Below are positions 31,859-43,804 of a DNA stretch of 43,804 nucleotides, piece after piece. Position 1 is the stretch's first letter, and each line of letters starts with the position of its first letter. The stretch is from Klebsormidium nitens (lineage: Eukaryota; Plantae; Klebsormidiophyceae): positions 1 through 43,804 of the forward strand of contig DF237637.1 of the NCBI GenBank assembly GCA_000708835.1, read 5' to 3'. A program made the translations under genes and the position numbers. Under the pieces are notes generated by a model that saw only the letters and a list, made by a program, of their open reading frames with translations, was not told the DNA's origin and did no database searches.

Positions 31859-32267
31859 AAAGTCCGGCACCTGCAATCTGTGGCCACAACTTTATTACTT
31901 GAGCCACGTGGACACGAATCATGTGGAGGAAAAGCAATGATGACCCCCAATTGTGCTTGAAACCCTAATCTCTGCCTGAGTGTTGAACTTGCAGATTGCA
32001 ATGCTGCAATGCAGCAAATCCAGAAAACGCCTGACAGGCCTGAGAACGCCCTCGATAATTTGTTAGCTACTTCGTGAAAGAAAGGTGAGTCAGTAAGACT
32101 CAGAGATGAACAGAAGGTTGAAGCTGAGCTGAACGAGCAGTACGACCCTCGTGCGATGAGGGTGCAATGGCTCATTTCATTTCATAACAAAATGCAAGCA
32201 CACTTGACCAAGGCTTAAGTGGACCCATCAATATGACAGCAGCAAGGAGCTGACTCTGCTGAGACAG

Positions 32268-34880
32268 ATCGATCAGGTTCTTAGTGAACTTCGTATGGGT
32301 CTAGTGGCTGGTAAACCAGCGAGAAAGAGTGAGGCAGCTCCTGAGCTTCAGTATCTGCCACCCCCCCTGAAAGCCGGTGACAGTATCAGCGTCATTTTTC
32401 CTGCGGGTTACGTACGTGAGCAGGCCGTGCTTGACTGGGGGTTGCAACTCCTAAAGAAATGGTGAGGTGCAGGTTCAAAGCTGCAAGAGAGCTTAGATTG
32501 TGCTTTCAAGCTGCGAATGCTACTAATTTTGAGTCATGTAAGCTTATGGAAGCCAAAGCCAGCAGATCTATTAATCTGTTTGACCAGCTGCACATTCCAT
32601 GCTGAAAGTCTGTCAGTGCATACACTGTGATCAAGTGCAATGCCATCAGTATAGTTGAAACCCAAATCTGCCTGAACTTCAACTTAGTACGAAGCGCTAA
32701 TCATTCATATCTGCAGTTAACTCCGGCCTGTTGCAGTGCCAATTGAAATCAGATCTTCCAGCTTTCTTGTTGATTCGAGTCTGTGCTGGTTGATGACAAA
32801 TCTCAGCCTCTGTCCAATCACAATCAAGATAATGTGATGCTGATGCTGGCTAACAGCCAAGGTGGAGAGTTCCAAAAAAGGTTGTCTTATTGGGTTTGAA
32901 GCGGCAGTCAGGTAATGCAAGATTTGCCGCACCTGCAGGGATCTCAACCCAGTCTTCCACCAAGACTTGGATGCCAGGCTTGGCTACCTGGCCGGATCTG
33001 ACGCCGCTAGAGCTCAAGCAGTCATTGACGCGTTCACGAGTAGTGCCACAAAGGCCGTGATATGCGGACAAGGCGGATATGGCTGCACACGGATACTCCC
33101 CCTCCTAGAAGGAAAGATTCCTACGGAGGCCCTCAAGAAGAAGCGCTTCTTTGGCTTCAGCGATGTCACGGCTCTGCACAGGTGAGGAACGAGCCACATT
33201 TCAGGCTGCCTCGAGCCTATGTCTTTTCTTTGGAGGCATTGGTTGCTCTGAAAGTTCTTCAAAGCCACTATTCTGAAAGTATTCATGATGAGGCACTCTT
33301 GACAACATGGAGAACATGAGCGCTTCAACACTCCGGGCCCACAAGGACTGCTGCTGGTAAGGTGGCTCCACGCCATCCATTGCCAACATTCAGCTTGAGT
33401 CGTGCTGACCCCCTTCCTTCCTTTGAAACCACTTCTAGCAGATCGTATGTTCCACAGGGGGCAACTAGAAAGTCTCCCTCCTTCATTACTCTGGTAAGCT
33501 CTGAAAAATGAGTTATTCACCAAAGTTAGTCAGGGACTAGGAGCAAGTTGATTGGAAGGCGAAATCCATTGGTGCAGCTTACCACAGCCCTCTGGCATAC
33601 ATTTGAGTCGATTATGTCCACGTTCTGCAAATACGGTGCCTGCGACCAGATCCGAATGTTTCTTTCTTTCTGCAGCTTCTTCCAGCGCCAGCTCCCCGGT
33701 CTAGTTACATTCCACTCGCCCATGCCAGCAACGTCCCTCCTCGCCCAAGGCACTAAAGACAGCCAAGACGCCTTATATGACGCTCTTTTTGGGAAGGCTC
33801 TTGCGCTGGCATGCCCCGCCCTCCATGGGCGGACACTGCAAATTGGCCGAGCGGAGGCTACAGGAGGAGTCGTGACGGGTAGAGTGGTCGGAGGCAACCT
33901 GACGCTTGTGACCGCTCTGGTTGGAACGCCTTGGGAAGTGGACATGAAGGGCGCCATCTTGCTAATCGAAGACGGTGAGAAAATTTGAAATTGTTCCGGG
34001 TACTTTCGTGGCCCCACTGCCCGATGATGGGCCCGTCGGATGCAGATGTCAACTTTTACCCCCACATCAACCTAGACGTCAATGTAAAATAGCCGATTAC
34101 GAGGAGAGACCATCGTAGTCCCAGTATAGTCCCTCCGTTGATCTTATCGATCCTGGCCTACGAGGCTGTTTGATGATTCATTTCTTTGGTCAATCTTCCG
34201 CTTTCTCTTTGATGCTTCGAGGGGTGACGACGGGCTTAGTCGTTTTGAGGTCTTGTGGGCTGCGCTTGTAGAGGAATGAAAGCCTCAATGTCCCTCTGTT
34301 CATGGACTCTGCTTGTCGCATGCCTGCGGTTCAACCGGTTGCTGGATTCCAGTCGCTCAGTCAACCGTTACTTTGAAGGATAAGATCGTCTTGAAGTTCG
34401 ACCCGTGATTTGTCGGATGTGAGACTGCAATCCTTTGAGGCAATTTTTAAGCCGATCAGTAAGGCTGTGCCCTGTCGTTCTGGTCCTTCCAAAGGACAAA
34501 CCTTGGTCCATCGAATACAACGTTGATCCGGTCGCCTTGTTGACTCGAATATTGCAGTTAACGAAGCCGGATATAGAATAGACCGTATGCTTACGCAGTT
34601 AAATCAGGCACACGGAGGTAAGTTGTTCGAGCTCATAGCTGGCTTAGTCGTAGGAGACGTTGGAGACGATTTAATCGACGACTCAAAGCAACTCGGAGAT
34701 GATGTGGACGAATCGGACTGGTATTGGCTGAAATTGTTGGGGCTTCCTGCGACCCTCCCCATACTTACCGAGATACCAATCGGTCATATTAAAGAAGCCA
34801 AAACAGCGGCCTTGGGAGCAAACGGCCGACTTGACCTTGTTGGACAGAAACTTATAGTAGGCGTTAATGATCTTCTCTAG
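32268..34880 (+). CDS. Peptidase S66 (LD-carboxypeptidase / MccF-like), intron-containing
   Basis: Exons 32268-32461, 32939-33181, 33676-33974 and 34558-34880 join in frame; the 5' start is unresolved. Motifs: PPPLKAGDSISVIFPAG, LAGSDAARA, GGYGCTRIL, GFSDVTAL (Ser), GGNLT, LLIEDVNE..YRIDRML (Glu), PIGH (His). Confidence 0.9.
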
Positions 34881-37030
34881 CCGTATTAAGGCTTCAACAC
34901 GGCTGCAATCAATATGCAGTCGCATCCCTTCAAGGTATAGACGGTCGAGGTCAAGTTGTAAATAGATTATTGCTTGGAGTAGTATATGCCATGGGCAGAG
35001 TAGGTCGGAAACTTGACAAATATCATATTGCTAGGTTTGCCAATGTCATGCGGGTCGGCCGGGTGGCATGCGGCTAACACGTCGCGCTTTTGAAAAGATT
35101 GGTTATGGTGAAAAGTTGTCGGCCGGACGTCCCTCGGACGGGCATTGGTCGAATCCTGATCGTTTTGACAGCCGCAACAGTCAGTGACTAGCTTTTGGGT
35201 TCACCAACTATACGACTCTACTCTAGTAGGTACGTAGTCAAAGGTTGTTGCCTGAATGTTGCGTTTCGCATTTGTTGCAAATGCAACTTGAGCACAGCTA
35301 GCTATTTGTGCTTGTGCGAGCTGCGACCTGACCGTCCGTTCGGGCGGCCAGCAAATGAAGCAAGCCGAAGCCAACCGCTTATCAATTGGATAATCTGGAT
35401 TTGGCGCTAGACAGCCACGCCCAATGCATTAGTCGGAAGGTCTAGCGCGCTCAGAGTGTGAGTGGACGAAAAAGAAGACACGAGCAACTTGGATTCTAAG
35501 ACACAACTGAGCGCTAAATGTTGTTACCGGTGTTCATGATGATGAAGACGTGTTTGCAATATGCTTACGGCCACCTTACGGCTCATGATCCGTCTGAGCG
35601 CAGGCTCAGGCTGAGACCTCAATGCGCCGGCTCAGGCATGCGGCCCATTCTATATGACCGAATTGTGTACTAGCCTAGCCGCCGGCGGCGCTTTGCTATG
35701 AAGGCTAGCCTCTTTCGAGCATATACTGAGCTCAAACAACACTGGCACGTGCGGTTAACTGTATTCAATTTATACCGAGCTAATGATGTCCCCCGACAAG
35801 AAGAGTAGATTAGAGCGTCGTTGCCGCTTAATTCAACCTGCGCCTGCACCGTGACACAATCGTCTGTACCGGGCCCACCGATTCATGTATATAATATCTT
35901 GTTCTTAGCTCAACTGCAATAAGAGAATTGCATTCTTGGCCCCACCGTTGATGTATGAATTCAAGTCGTCGGATTCTATATGAGTCCGCCATTTGGTCGG
36001 ATGTTGGATGTAGATATCTGCCTCCTGTACTAGCTAGCTTAGCATGTCAGTGTGTGAATGGAAAGCATACTAGGATGTGCTAAAATTCAAAAAATGGGCT
36101 ACGTCATGCATATGAATTTAATCAGAAGAACATCAACGGCACAACAGCAACTGATTGGCGAATCTACCGTACCGGAACTTAGTACTAGCTAGCAGAAGAA
36201 TCATAATTCACCATGCATATCTAATGATACACGCATGCGGGCCCGCGGCATGGCTATTGCGGCAGTTCGAACTGCCGCAATAGATGGTAACTTCTCATTT
36301 ATTAACGCCCTTAGCCACATCAGAGCCATGGAGCACGGTCTCCGGCAGACCCGGGATAGTTTGTTGACTCTACATGCAGCTTGCTACAGCTATAGATCTA
36401 GTACTTGAATGTGTGTAACAAGTGCATGCACCATGTGCCACTAGGTCTCATTGTAGGCACGTACTGCATCGCACTACAATGATGTAGCCGGCAATAAGCT
36501 CTAGTATGCAATGGCTCCGCTCGAGCCTAGCCGCTTCGCCGGCAATTGCGTGATCAGTCAGGCTCCTGGCAAACATTTGATTGGAACGGAAAACATTGAG
36601 ATCATAAGTAAACTTTAAAATCATAACCATTCAAGCGTCACTGAGTTGCATAGGCATTGCAGGCCTAGCAGGTCTAGCTACAACTCTCCGTTTCTGATGG
36701 AGCACTGCAACTTGTCACTAGCCTAGTTTAGTACTACTATGGCACTTGATCTGGTCAGGCTCACATGTTCGAGGCAAAAGCCCCCACTAGTTCTACAGTT
36801 CAGCAGAATGCTGGCGTTCTCAGTATAAGAGCCGGCCATGCAGCGCTTTCTATGTGGGAACCACAATTTCACATCTAACTTACAGCGTGCAATAGTTACT
36901 ATTATTCTGTCCGACATGCACTTGAGGCACATTCTTTCCGTTTGTCGCCTGCAACGCATACTCATTTGTTCCGCACAGCACGTAAACTCTATTCCATCTT
37001 CAACCTCCAAGACTAACATTCTCAAGCAAA

Positions 37031-40000
37031 CTATTGCCGCTCCCTCTGACCTAGCGAACCCCGCTGTCGCACACCTCCGCCCATCGTTTCTCGCTCGAGC
37101 TCAGCAAGGACTGCATCTTCAATCTCCGCCGCAGCTGCGGACAGCCACTTTCTCCCTTCCGGCTTCGGACTATCCCCCTGCGAATTGCCCAACGTCCCGT
37201 TGTTTGACTTGGAGACCGATGCAAGGCCAACATCGTCTCGTTTCCGCTTTCCTTCGGGGCTCCGCCTACGGAGCTCCGCTACTGGGGGCAAAATCGGGCG
37301 CTGGTCCTGTAACACACGCGGTGACAGCTCTCTAGCGATGTTTGTGCTCGAGCTTCCGGCCGCGGCCGAACCCCCCGGCCGCCTCCCCAGCAGAACCTGG
37401 TGTCCGCCCGCAGCGCGCACTTTCTCCAAGTGCGCGCGGATCGCGGCTTCTACTTCCCGCGGGAACCGCTGGTGGATATTCAAGCTTTGCGACTCGGCGG
37501 GGGGCTGGGCACGGGGGGCCTGCGCTGGCAAACCTAGCTGAAGGGAGAGGTCCAGCTCGCCCCCTCGTTCCGACGGGCGTCTCGGGGAGTGCTCGGGCGC
37601 CAAGCGGCGGCCCTCGGCGCGCGCAGCCAGCGCGGCCCTTAATGCATTCTCCGACGGCCATTGACTGGCGGGAGGTTCTCGGAAAGTTGGCCCTGACGTC
37701 AGTGGGCTCTCAAAGGCGAGCCGCGCAGCGGGTTCTTGGAGTGCTGGACCTGAACATGACAACGAAAAACCAGCTGAGTATGGAAAGGCAACGAGGGGAC
37801 TGACAAACCACAGTCTAGCGTCAAGAAATTCTTGTCATCGCACTCCTGAGAAAGGGAGACGCCCTGCAGGAATTTGGTGACAAGGTTTCTCTGTCACCCT
37901 GGGAAACACTGGTGCCAGGCTGCAGGTGGGGGCACGCTTGCAGGATTTCAGAGGCGTCGGGTTTCGGGGCTTCTTGTGTTGGTAAAACAGCCTCGAAGCA
38001 GAACAACCGGGTAACTCGTCCTCAGTCGTCAGGACCTTGCGAATGAGCAGATGGGTAAGCTTTAACATCTGCACAACCTAGTGCCAGAATTTTGTGGATA
38101 TTGTGAAATCAAAGTCGGAGCAGTATCACATGATCGCATGGTCAAGAGCTAGAATTGTTGTGGACTTTCGGACTGCCTATCTTCCTTAGCAAGCAGGAGA
38201 GAACAGTGGTGATTTGAAAGTTCAGGACTTGAACACAGATGCGACCTGACGCTTTTGAGAGCAAACGCTCTGTCAGATGTGATCCAAATCCGCCAATGTG
38301 AGCTCAGGAGCTTTTGAAAATGAAGAGCTGAACAGAAAAATTGACGGACTGTACAAGACTCCAAAGCACATCAGAATTCGAGAAAAGAAAAAGTAAGAGA
38401 ACTGAAAGAAAAAGTAAGAGAACTAAGGAAGAGCATCAATGACATGACGAGGGAAAGATACGAAAGGACGAGAGTAAGGCAACGAGAGGAAAGAGGAAAA
38501 GCGAAAGGGAAGAAGTGAAGCAAGGGGTCGCCGCAATTGCAGCCATACCTGCACCCGCTGGATACTGCACACTGAAGCCCCGCACCCGTTGCAATCGCGA
38601 AACCTCCTCCTCTCGCTCTACCAACCGCCCCTCTCCATCAAACCGGTGCCTTTGGGAATCAAGACCCTGCCAGCGGATCTCAGCAGGCGTCGCCCGGACT
38701 GGGGGCGGGGGCGACGGGCCGAGCCTTGGCGCCCTCTCAGGGCTCCGTGCCAGGGGGGCAGATTCGCCTGGCGGAAACACCCCCCGTTCTTGTAACAGCC
38801 GCTCGATCACCAGCTTCGTTTGCTGCATGGCCAGTCTCTCCTCCTCAGTGATGAGCGACCCCCCAATCTCAGCAAGGCTCTTGGGGCTGCGCATAATCTC
38901 CGCCGTGGGGGGGCGCTGCCCATACTCATCAGCCACCCCCCCAAAACCTCTGGCCAGCACAGCCCCTCGGCCTTGCATTGACACCGCTTCCAGCTGCGGG
39001 GAGACTTGTAGGCTCCCTGCACCCAGCTCCTCCACTCGTGGTGTCATGTTTGACAGCGCTGTCACGGGTTGAGGCTCTGGCAAGGGGGAGGGAACACGGT
39101 CCAGATCCTTTTGCGTGCCCTCCCCCGCAAATCCCTTCTGCCGCGCCTTTCGGATCTCCAGTTCCTGAGCTCGCTGCTGGTTGATTCGCTCCTTCCGGCT
39201 CTCAATCTGAAGCGAGAGGACACGTGTCGTCAGATGGTGACACTTCTGGGAGGCCAGAACTAATAGAAGTAGTGAATCTTGACATGGTGTCAACACTGGA
39301 CGCCTAAGGTCAGATGTTATTGCAGGAGAAGAACAGCCTATTTGAATCTCTGTGGTCACTCCCCTTGTTGAGTCAAAAGGACACGTTGCAAAGTAGGCTG
39401 GTGCAGAGAAGCAGCTAGCTTGCTTGCGTCTGTCAGATCGCATTGCTGCCGCTGGGGAGCCAAAGTCTTTCTAAGTTTATTCAGCATTGAGGGTTTGGTG
39501 TTTAAGAGTCCTGGTTGCTGTCCAGAGTACTGTGAGGCGGGTGATACAGCACTCTGAGGCTGCTGCACCAGTCCACTAGTGCTATTCATTTGCCTGTAAA
39601 GAAGCATACAAACAAGAAGTCTGAAAAGTGGTTGGTGTGGAGCATGATGCAGGTCAGCTCCACACATTCTTTATCATCTTGAGCAACTTCACTGTCAAGT
39701 GGATCCAAAGAGATACCCTGACAGATTCAGGCCAGAGCACAGAAATCCAATCTGGCCAGTCAGAGTACTGAGCACCATAGCTTATGCCCACACAACTGGT
39801 GACCACTCTACTGTGGTCAGGATACCTACTAGTGCGAAACACTATGCACACCCAAGTGGCAAGATTGTCCTGGTGGTCAGAATATTGTCAGTACAGACTG
39901 CAAAACCCAGACTCGATTCAGTGACTGTTATAGACTGGATCAGTCCACAGATTCTGCTTATGTCAGAAAGTACAATAAAGGTACAACCTGACATGTAAGC

Positions 40001-41210
40001 ACATGACATCAGCACCCTGGCTCTGACCCAACCTGGTTAAGGGTAAGGGGTCCAGGTTAGCAGAAGGAAAGACAGTTGCTTCTCCTTGTATGATGCTCTA
40101 TACGCTCCCCGCAACCGGAAGTGCTATAAGAAACACGAACGGTGCTGTTTCAAGAGCATCCTGTGGGGAAGCACAGAAGTTTTCCTACTTGGAAAACCCT
40201 TCACCCAACGGCAACTCATCGCTGCATTCTCTCGCGGCGTCCTCTAGTTCTTTGCACAGTCTACGAGCAATGGCACAAGTACTAAATAGAAGCAGAACGG
40301 TCACCTTCTGTCTTCGCTCCCTCGCCAGCATCCGTTGCCGTTCCAGCCTCTCGTCAGCAGTCGCCAGCTTGTCCCCCCCAACCTCCCCTTTCTTGCCTGC
40401 CCCCTCAGGCAAAACAGGGGTGTTCTTTCCCCCCGAGCTGCTTTTGGGCCTCTCCGATGCCAGCCACGCAGGCAAGCTCCCCTTCCCAAGCAGGGGGTCC
40501 AACTGCTCAGCAAGACCGCCTCCCCCACCATCCACATTCTTGAGCACTTCAGCCCACCCCCCACTGCCACCCTCTCTTGCATCATTCTCTGCACGCAAGC
40601 TTGCTTGAAACCGCTCGAATCCGCGAGCGGCGCCCTCCTCCTCCAGGGGGGCTTCCTCAAGATTGAACGCCGGGGCTGGCCGCGCCTCCTCAAGCGGCTT
40701 CTGCATCCATTTTGGAACCCTCGTCTCTGACTCGTTCACACGGTACTCCATTGCACGTGGCTCCGATGGCCTGCTCATAGTGAGCACTGAGGGGAGCGGC
40801 AAATGAGGCTCGATCGGCGAGGGGGCAGCGACTGGGGGCCGGTCTAGGAATGCAAAGACGGTCTGCGCCTCCACACCTTTTGTGGCCACAGGCTTGTAGA
40901 GCGTTTTTTGGGGGCCTCCCCGGTCAGGATCTATAGCTCTGGTAAGGGTGTCTCCATCCACGCCCGGTCCCAGATTGGTGTTGACCGGTCCCCTGTCGCT
41001 CATGGTGGCAAGCACATGTGCCGACTGCGTCTCGAGCAACTGGTTCAGCTCCTCTAGAGAAGGAAACGGAAAAGCAAAGCGCCCCCGTTGCGGTGGTTCG
41101 AAGTCCGTTAGCAGGTCCGGCTTTGAAGCGCGGCGTTGGCTTTTACAGATTCGAGAACCGCCTCTCACAAGAAGCATCTGCAAGAGATGTGCGAGCGCGC
41201 CGTCAGCCAT
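37031..41210 (-). CDS. Multi-exon low-complexity putative nuclear regulator with an EAR-like motif
   Basis: Long GC-rich exon-like ORFs at 41210-~40305, ~39215-38590 and ~37760-37031. They include a basic helix ERLERQRMLARERRQK, LDLSLQL at 37535-37555, and an NLS-like RRRSPEGKRKR. Middle exon structure is uncertain. Confidence 0.55.
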
Positions 41211-43804
41211 GCCAAGTTTCGACGGGACAAATTTGTAGCAGGAAGCGGCAGATGTTTATAAACTGGTTTAAGTGAAGATAAAAATTGAAAGCGGCTTTTG
41301 GAGCTATCTGCGAGCAGAACAAACCGGGTGTCTGGGAAGCTTGATCTGCAAAGCACCAAAAGTATCTCTGCAGTCACGAGCATATGATGAGGTTTCAGCT
41401 CACTGGCAAGAAGATCCTGGATTTCAGAGCGGTAGCTTCGACAAAGTTCGACCTATTGAATGGGTGAGGAACCCCAAAGTTCGGGAAACCTATTTGAATG
41501 CAAAAGCAAAGAGAAGCTGGTGCAAGAAAGAAAAAGTCCTCACTGAGTTGGAAATAAAGTTGCATCTCATGAGGATAATCTTTCCTGCAATGAATATTGA
41601 GGAGTTGCCCTGACAAAACGGCTCAGGCCATGATCCAATACCAATCCCTGGATTGCCTGAAAGTTGGTAAACAGAGTCCCATTCGTGACAATATTATGTC
41701 AAAAAAGGCTCCAACACACGCGGGGTGCGGTAAAGCAAGCTGCATTTGGTCTATCAAAAGGCAGAGGCTTCTTCTTCAAACCCCCCCTGTGCAGGCAAAG
41801 TAGAAGTTGCAACTGGAACGATGATCGTTGAACATACCTGCGCCATGCGTCTTGATCCTTTGAGCTCCTCCAAGCCCGCGATGCTCAGCCGCTGCCCTTC
41901 CTGCACATCCTTCCGCTTCTGCCACAACCATCTTGCCGAGCACAAAAAAAAAACCCTGACCCTAACCAGTCCAGGAGCTCATTCCAACCCTAGTTGTTCA
42001 AGGACAACCATGTCGCAACCAAAGCAGAACAGACCCGGCAGGCTACAGCTCTGAGGCTTCAAGTTCAGGTACTCCCCTTCCAACTATAACTGCAAGGCAG
42101 CTCCTTCGAGGTTCCAAAGGCGCCCAGCCTAGCTGTAGCCTTAGGCTGTACGGTGTTCGCCATCCACAGAAGCAGGGCCTAGCTGGTCAAGAATGACAAC
42201 TGACACACGAGTGCTTCCCAAGGGCCAGTACCTACAGCTACGGTAGGTACGGGAGGTACTACCCGCAGTAGGCAGTGGGTGCCTACATAGGACCCTGTGG
42301 GTACTGCACCCGGTAAAAGCGTTTCTCGATCAGTACCGAAGTAGGTACTGCAGTCCCGTGCACGCACGCGCGGTTTGCTGCCCTGTTGACACTTTGATAT
42401 CATCGTGCACAGCTTTTGACACTTTAAGGTCAAGACTCAGACGTATAAAAATACTGTTTGCAAAAGTCAGTGCCGTGACCACTTACCGGTTCAAGTTCTT
42501 GCGAATTTCAAGATTTTGAACGCTGAAATTGCGCCCTTGCAAACTATCCCGCGCATCTCCAGGTTTGTCTCAGGTTTCAAGCTTTCAGCCCGTAAATATA
42601 AGCAGCCAGAGCTGTGCCTATACGGTATTTCCACGTTCTGCGCGCGGTTTTAGGTAGGCGCTTGTCGCTAGCTGGCCGCGCCCGTTTGAATTCAAATTCA
42701 ATATCGGGGCAGAATGTGCTCGCTTGCGCGTTTCTCTTTTGCAGGTGTCTCGCGCGCAAGCTTCGCCTTTGCTTGCCGCATTGCCACCTCAGGTTCAAGA
42801 ATTAATTGCATTTTCGCGTGCAATAAGTACTGGTAAATTAATGGCATGACAAGTTGCATGCAATCCGACCGCCGTATGAAAGGTAGTTTTGTTTCCCGAC
42901 GAGCTCTGAGGTTTGGTCCTCCGGGGTCCGGTAATGCGACTAGGTCCTCTCAGCGAGTCACAGGGTTTGGAGTAGTTTCAACTTTCGTATCGAAAGACCG
43001 TTTCGATATGGTGTCCGGTTCGTATCATGGTATGGTCACTTTGACTTTCTTGCAGTTGACCAGGGAATCGGTAGGGCCGGCCGCCAGGTACACACTTCGC
43101 GTGTTCGGTTTTAGGTGGAGATTGTGACTCTCGGGGTTTGGCGTGCCGTGTCTCCATTTTATGAAATTAATTTGTTAGACCTGAATGGTCTAACCTTAGG
43201 TCTACCGCTCACCTACCGGTAAATTGAGTAAACGAGTTAGAGCTCGGGACTTTGCCAGCATCAAACAAACTAAGATTCTAAACCCCGAGTTAGCCACCTC
43301 AATACCAGTATTCCAAAAAGCATCCGATCGAAAAACCCATACGAACCCTAGCAGTCCCCCGGGCATGATAGGTACCTAACCTCAAGATAGGCTACCGGTA
43401 TAGCCACTTGGCACACATAACTGTTTTAGTCTAAACCCTCATGCACATTGCAAACTCGACATCAAATTGATACTACCGTACGGTACCTCCTAAATCCTGG
43501 ATCCTGATTCTTGAATCCCGAGCAGGAATTGGAAGGATGAACACCGTGACGGCGCGAATTATTGGAAACATCACTTCCCATCACTGTCGCAAGTCAATCA
43601 ATCAATTTATTTTATAGTCCCGTAGGAGCCATGGGTGGCTCATGAGACAAGGTCTGAATGTAGTCTCGAGTCCTAAACGCCTCTCTAACAAAGCTAGCAA
43701 CCCTCTGTTGGTTCTCCTGACCTATAAAATGACGCAGACTAAATGCGGACTGGCCAACAAACAAATCCATGTACCGCTCTGTGCGTAGGAACCTATAAGC
43801 TGGG

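Noticed and set aside
38384-38424. 2 x 20-bp duplication aaagaaaaagtaagagaact
   Set aside because: A simple slippage duplication in a low-complexity intronic pyrimidine tract.
42225-42350. GTAC-rich patch with hairpin gtacctac-N7-gtaggtac as a possible Helitron or transposon end
   Set aside because: No matching second end, no appropriately placed CTRR terminus and no associated ORF.
42920-43370. Scattered short inverted matches suggesting a foldback element
   Set aside because: Spacing between the matched segments differs between arms and the matches are short.

Overview
Eukaryotic nuclear DNA with spliceosomal GT-AG/GC-AG introns, TATA promoters and one 305-N assembly gap. Its style is compatible with a green or streptophyte alga such as Klebsormidium, but that is inference. 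The centre (~9-31 kb) is a mobile, virus-like island. It holds a JmjC dioxygenase, a small phage/giant-virus-type protein, an intron-containing Prim-Pol/Zn-finger/D5-type SF3 primase-helicase, and an apparently intact 5-exon KDZ transposase with SWIM and CxC4-type domains. It also holds a compact intronless cassette: small ORFs, a tyrosine recombinase and a second Prim-Pol/Zn-finger/NrS-1-like helicase, with no recognisable capsid, packaging ATPase or pPolB. The non-coding DNA is highly structured. A 33-bp TATA core promoter is reused three times behind TGAGTCA arrays, two copies forming a ~1-kb divergent palindrome. About ten 64-65-bp TGTCT...AGACA units are confined to the primase-helicase locus, and a 161-bp inverted repeat brackets its helicase exons. 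A ~180-bp TGGCACC element occurs three times around the KDZ gene, and a 187-bp MITE has a 9-bp target duplication. The flanks carry an intron-containing S66 LD-carboxypeptidase and several unidentified multi-exon genes. All family assignments are from motif recognition by eye; no database search was run.
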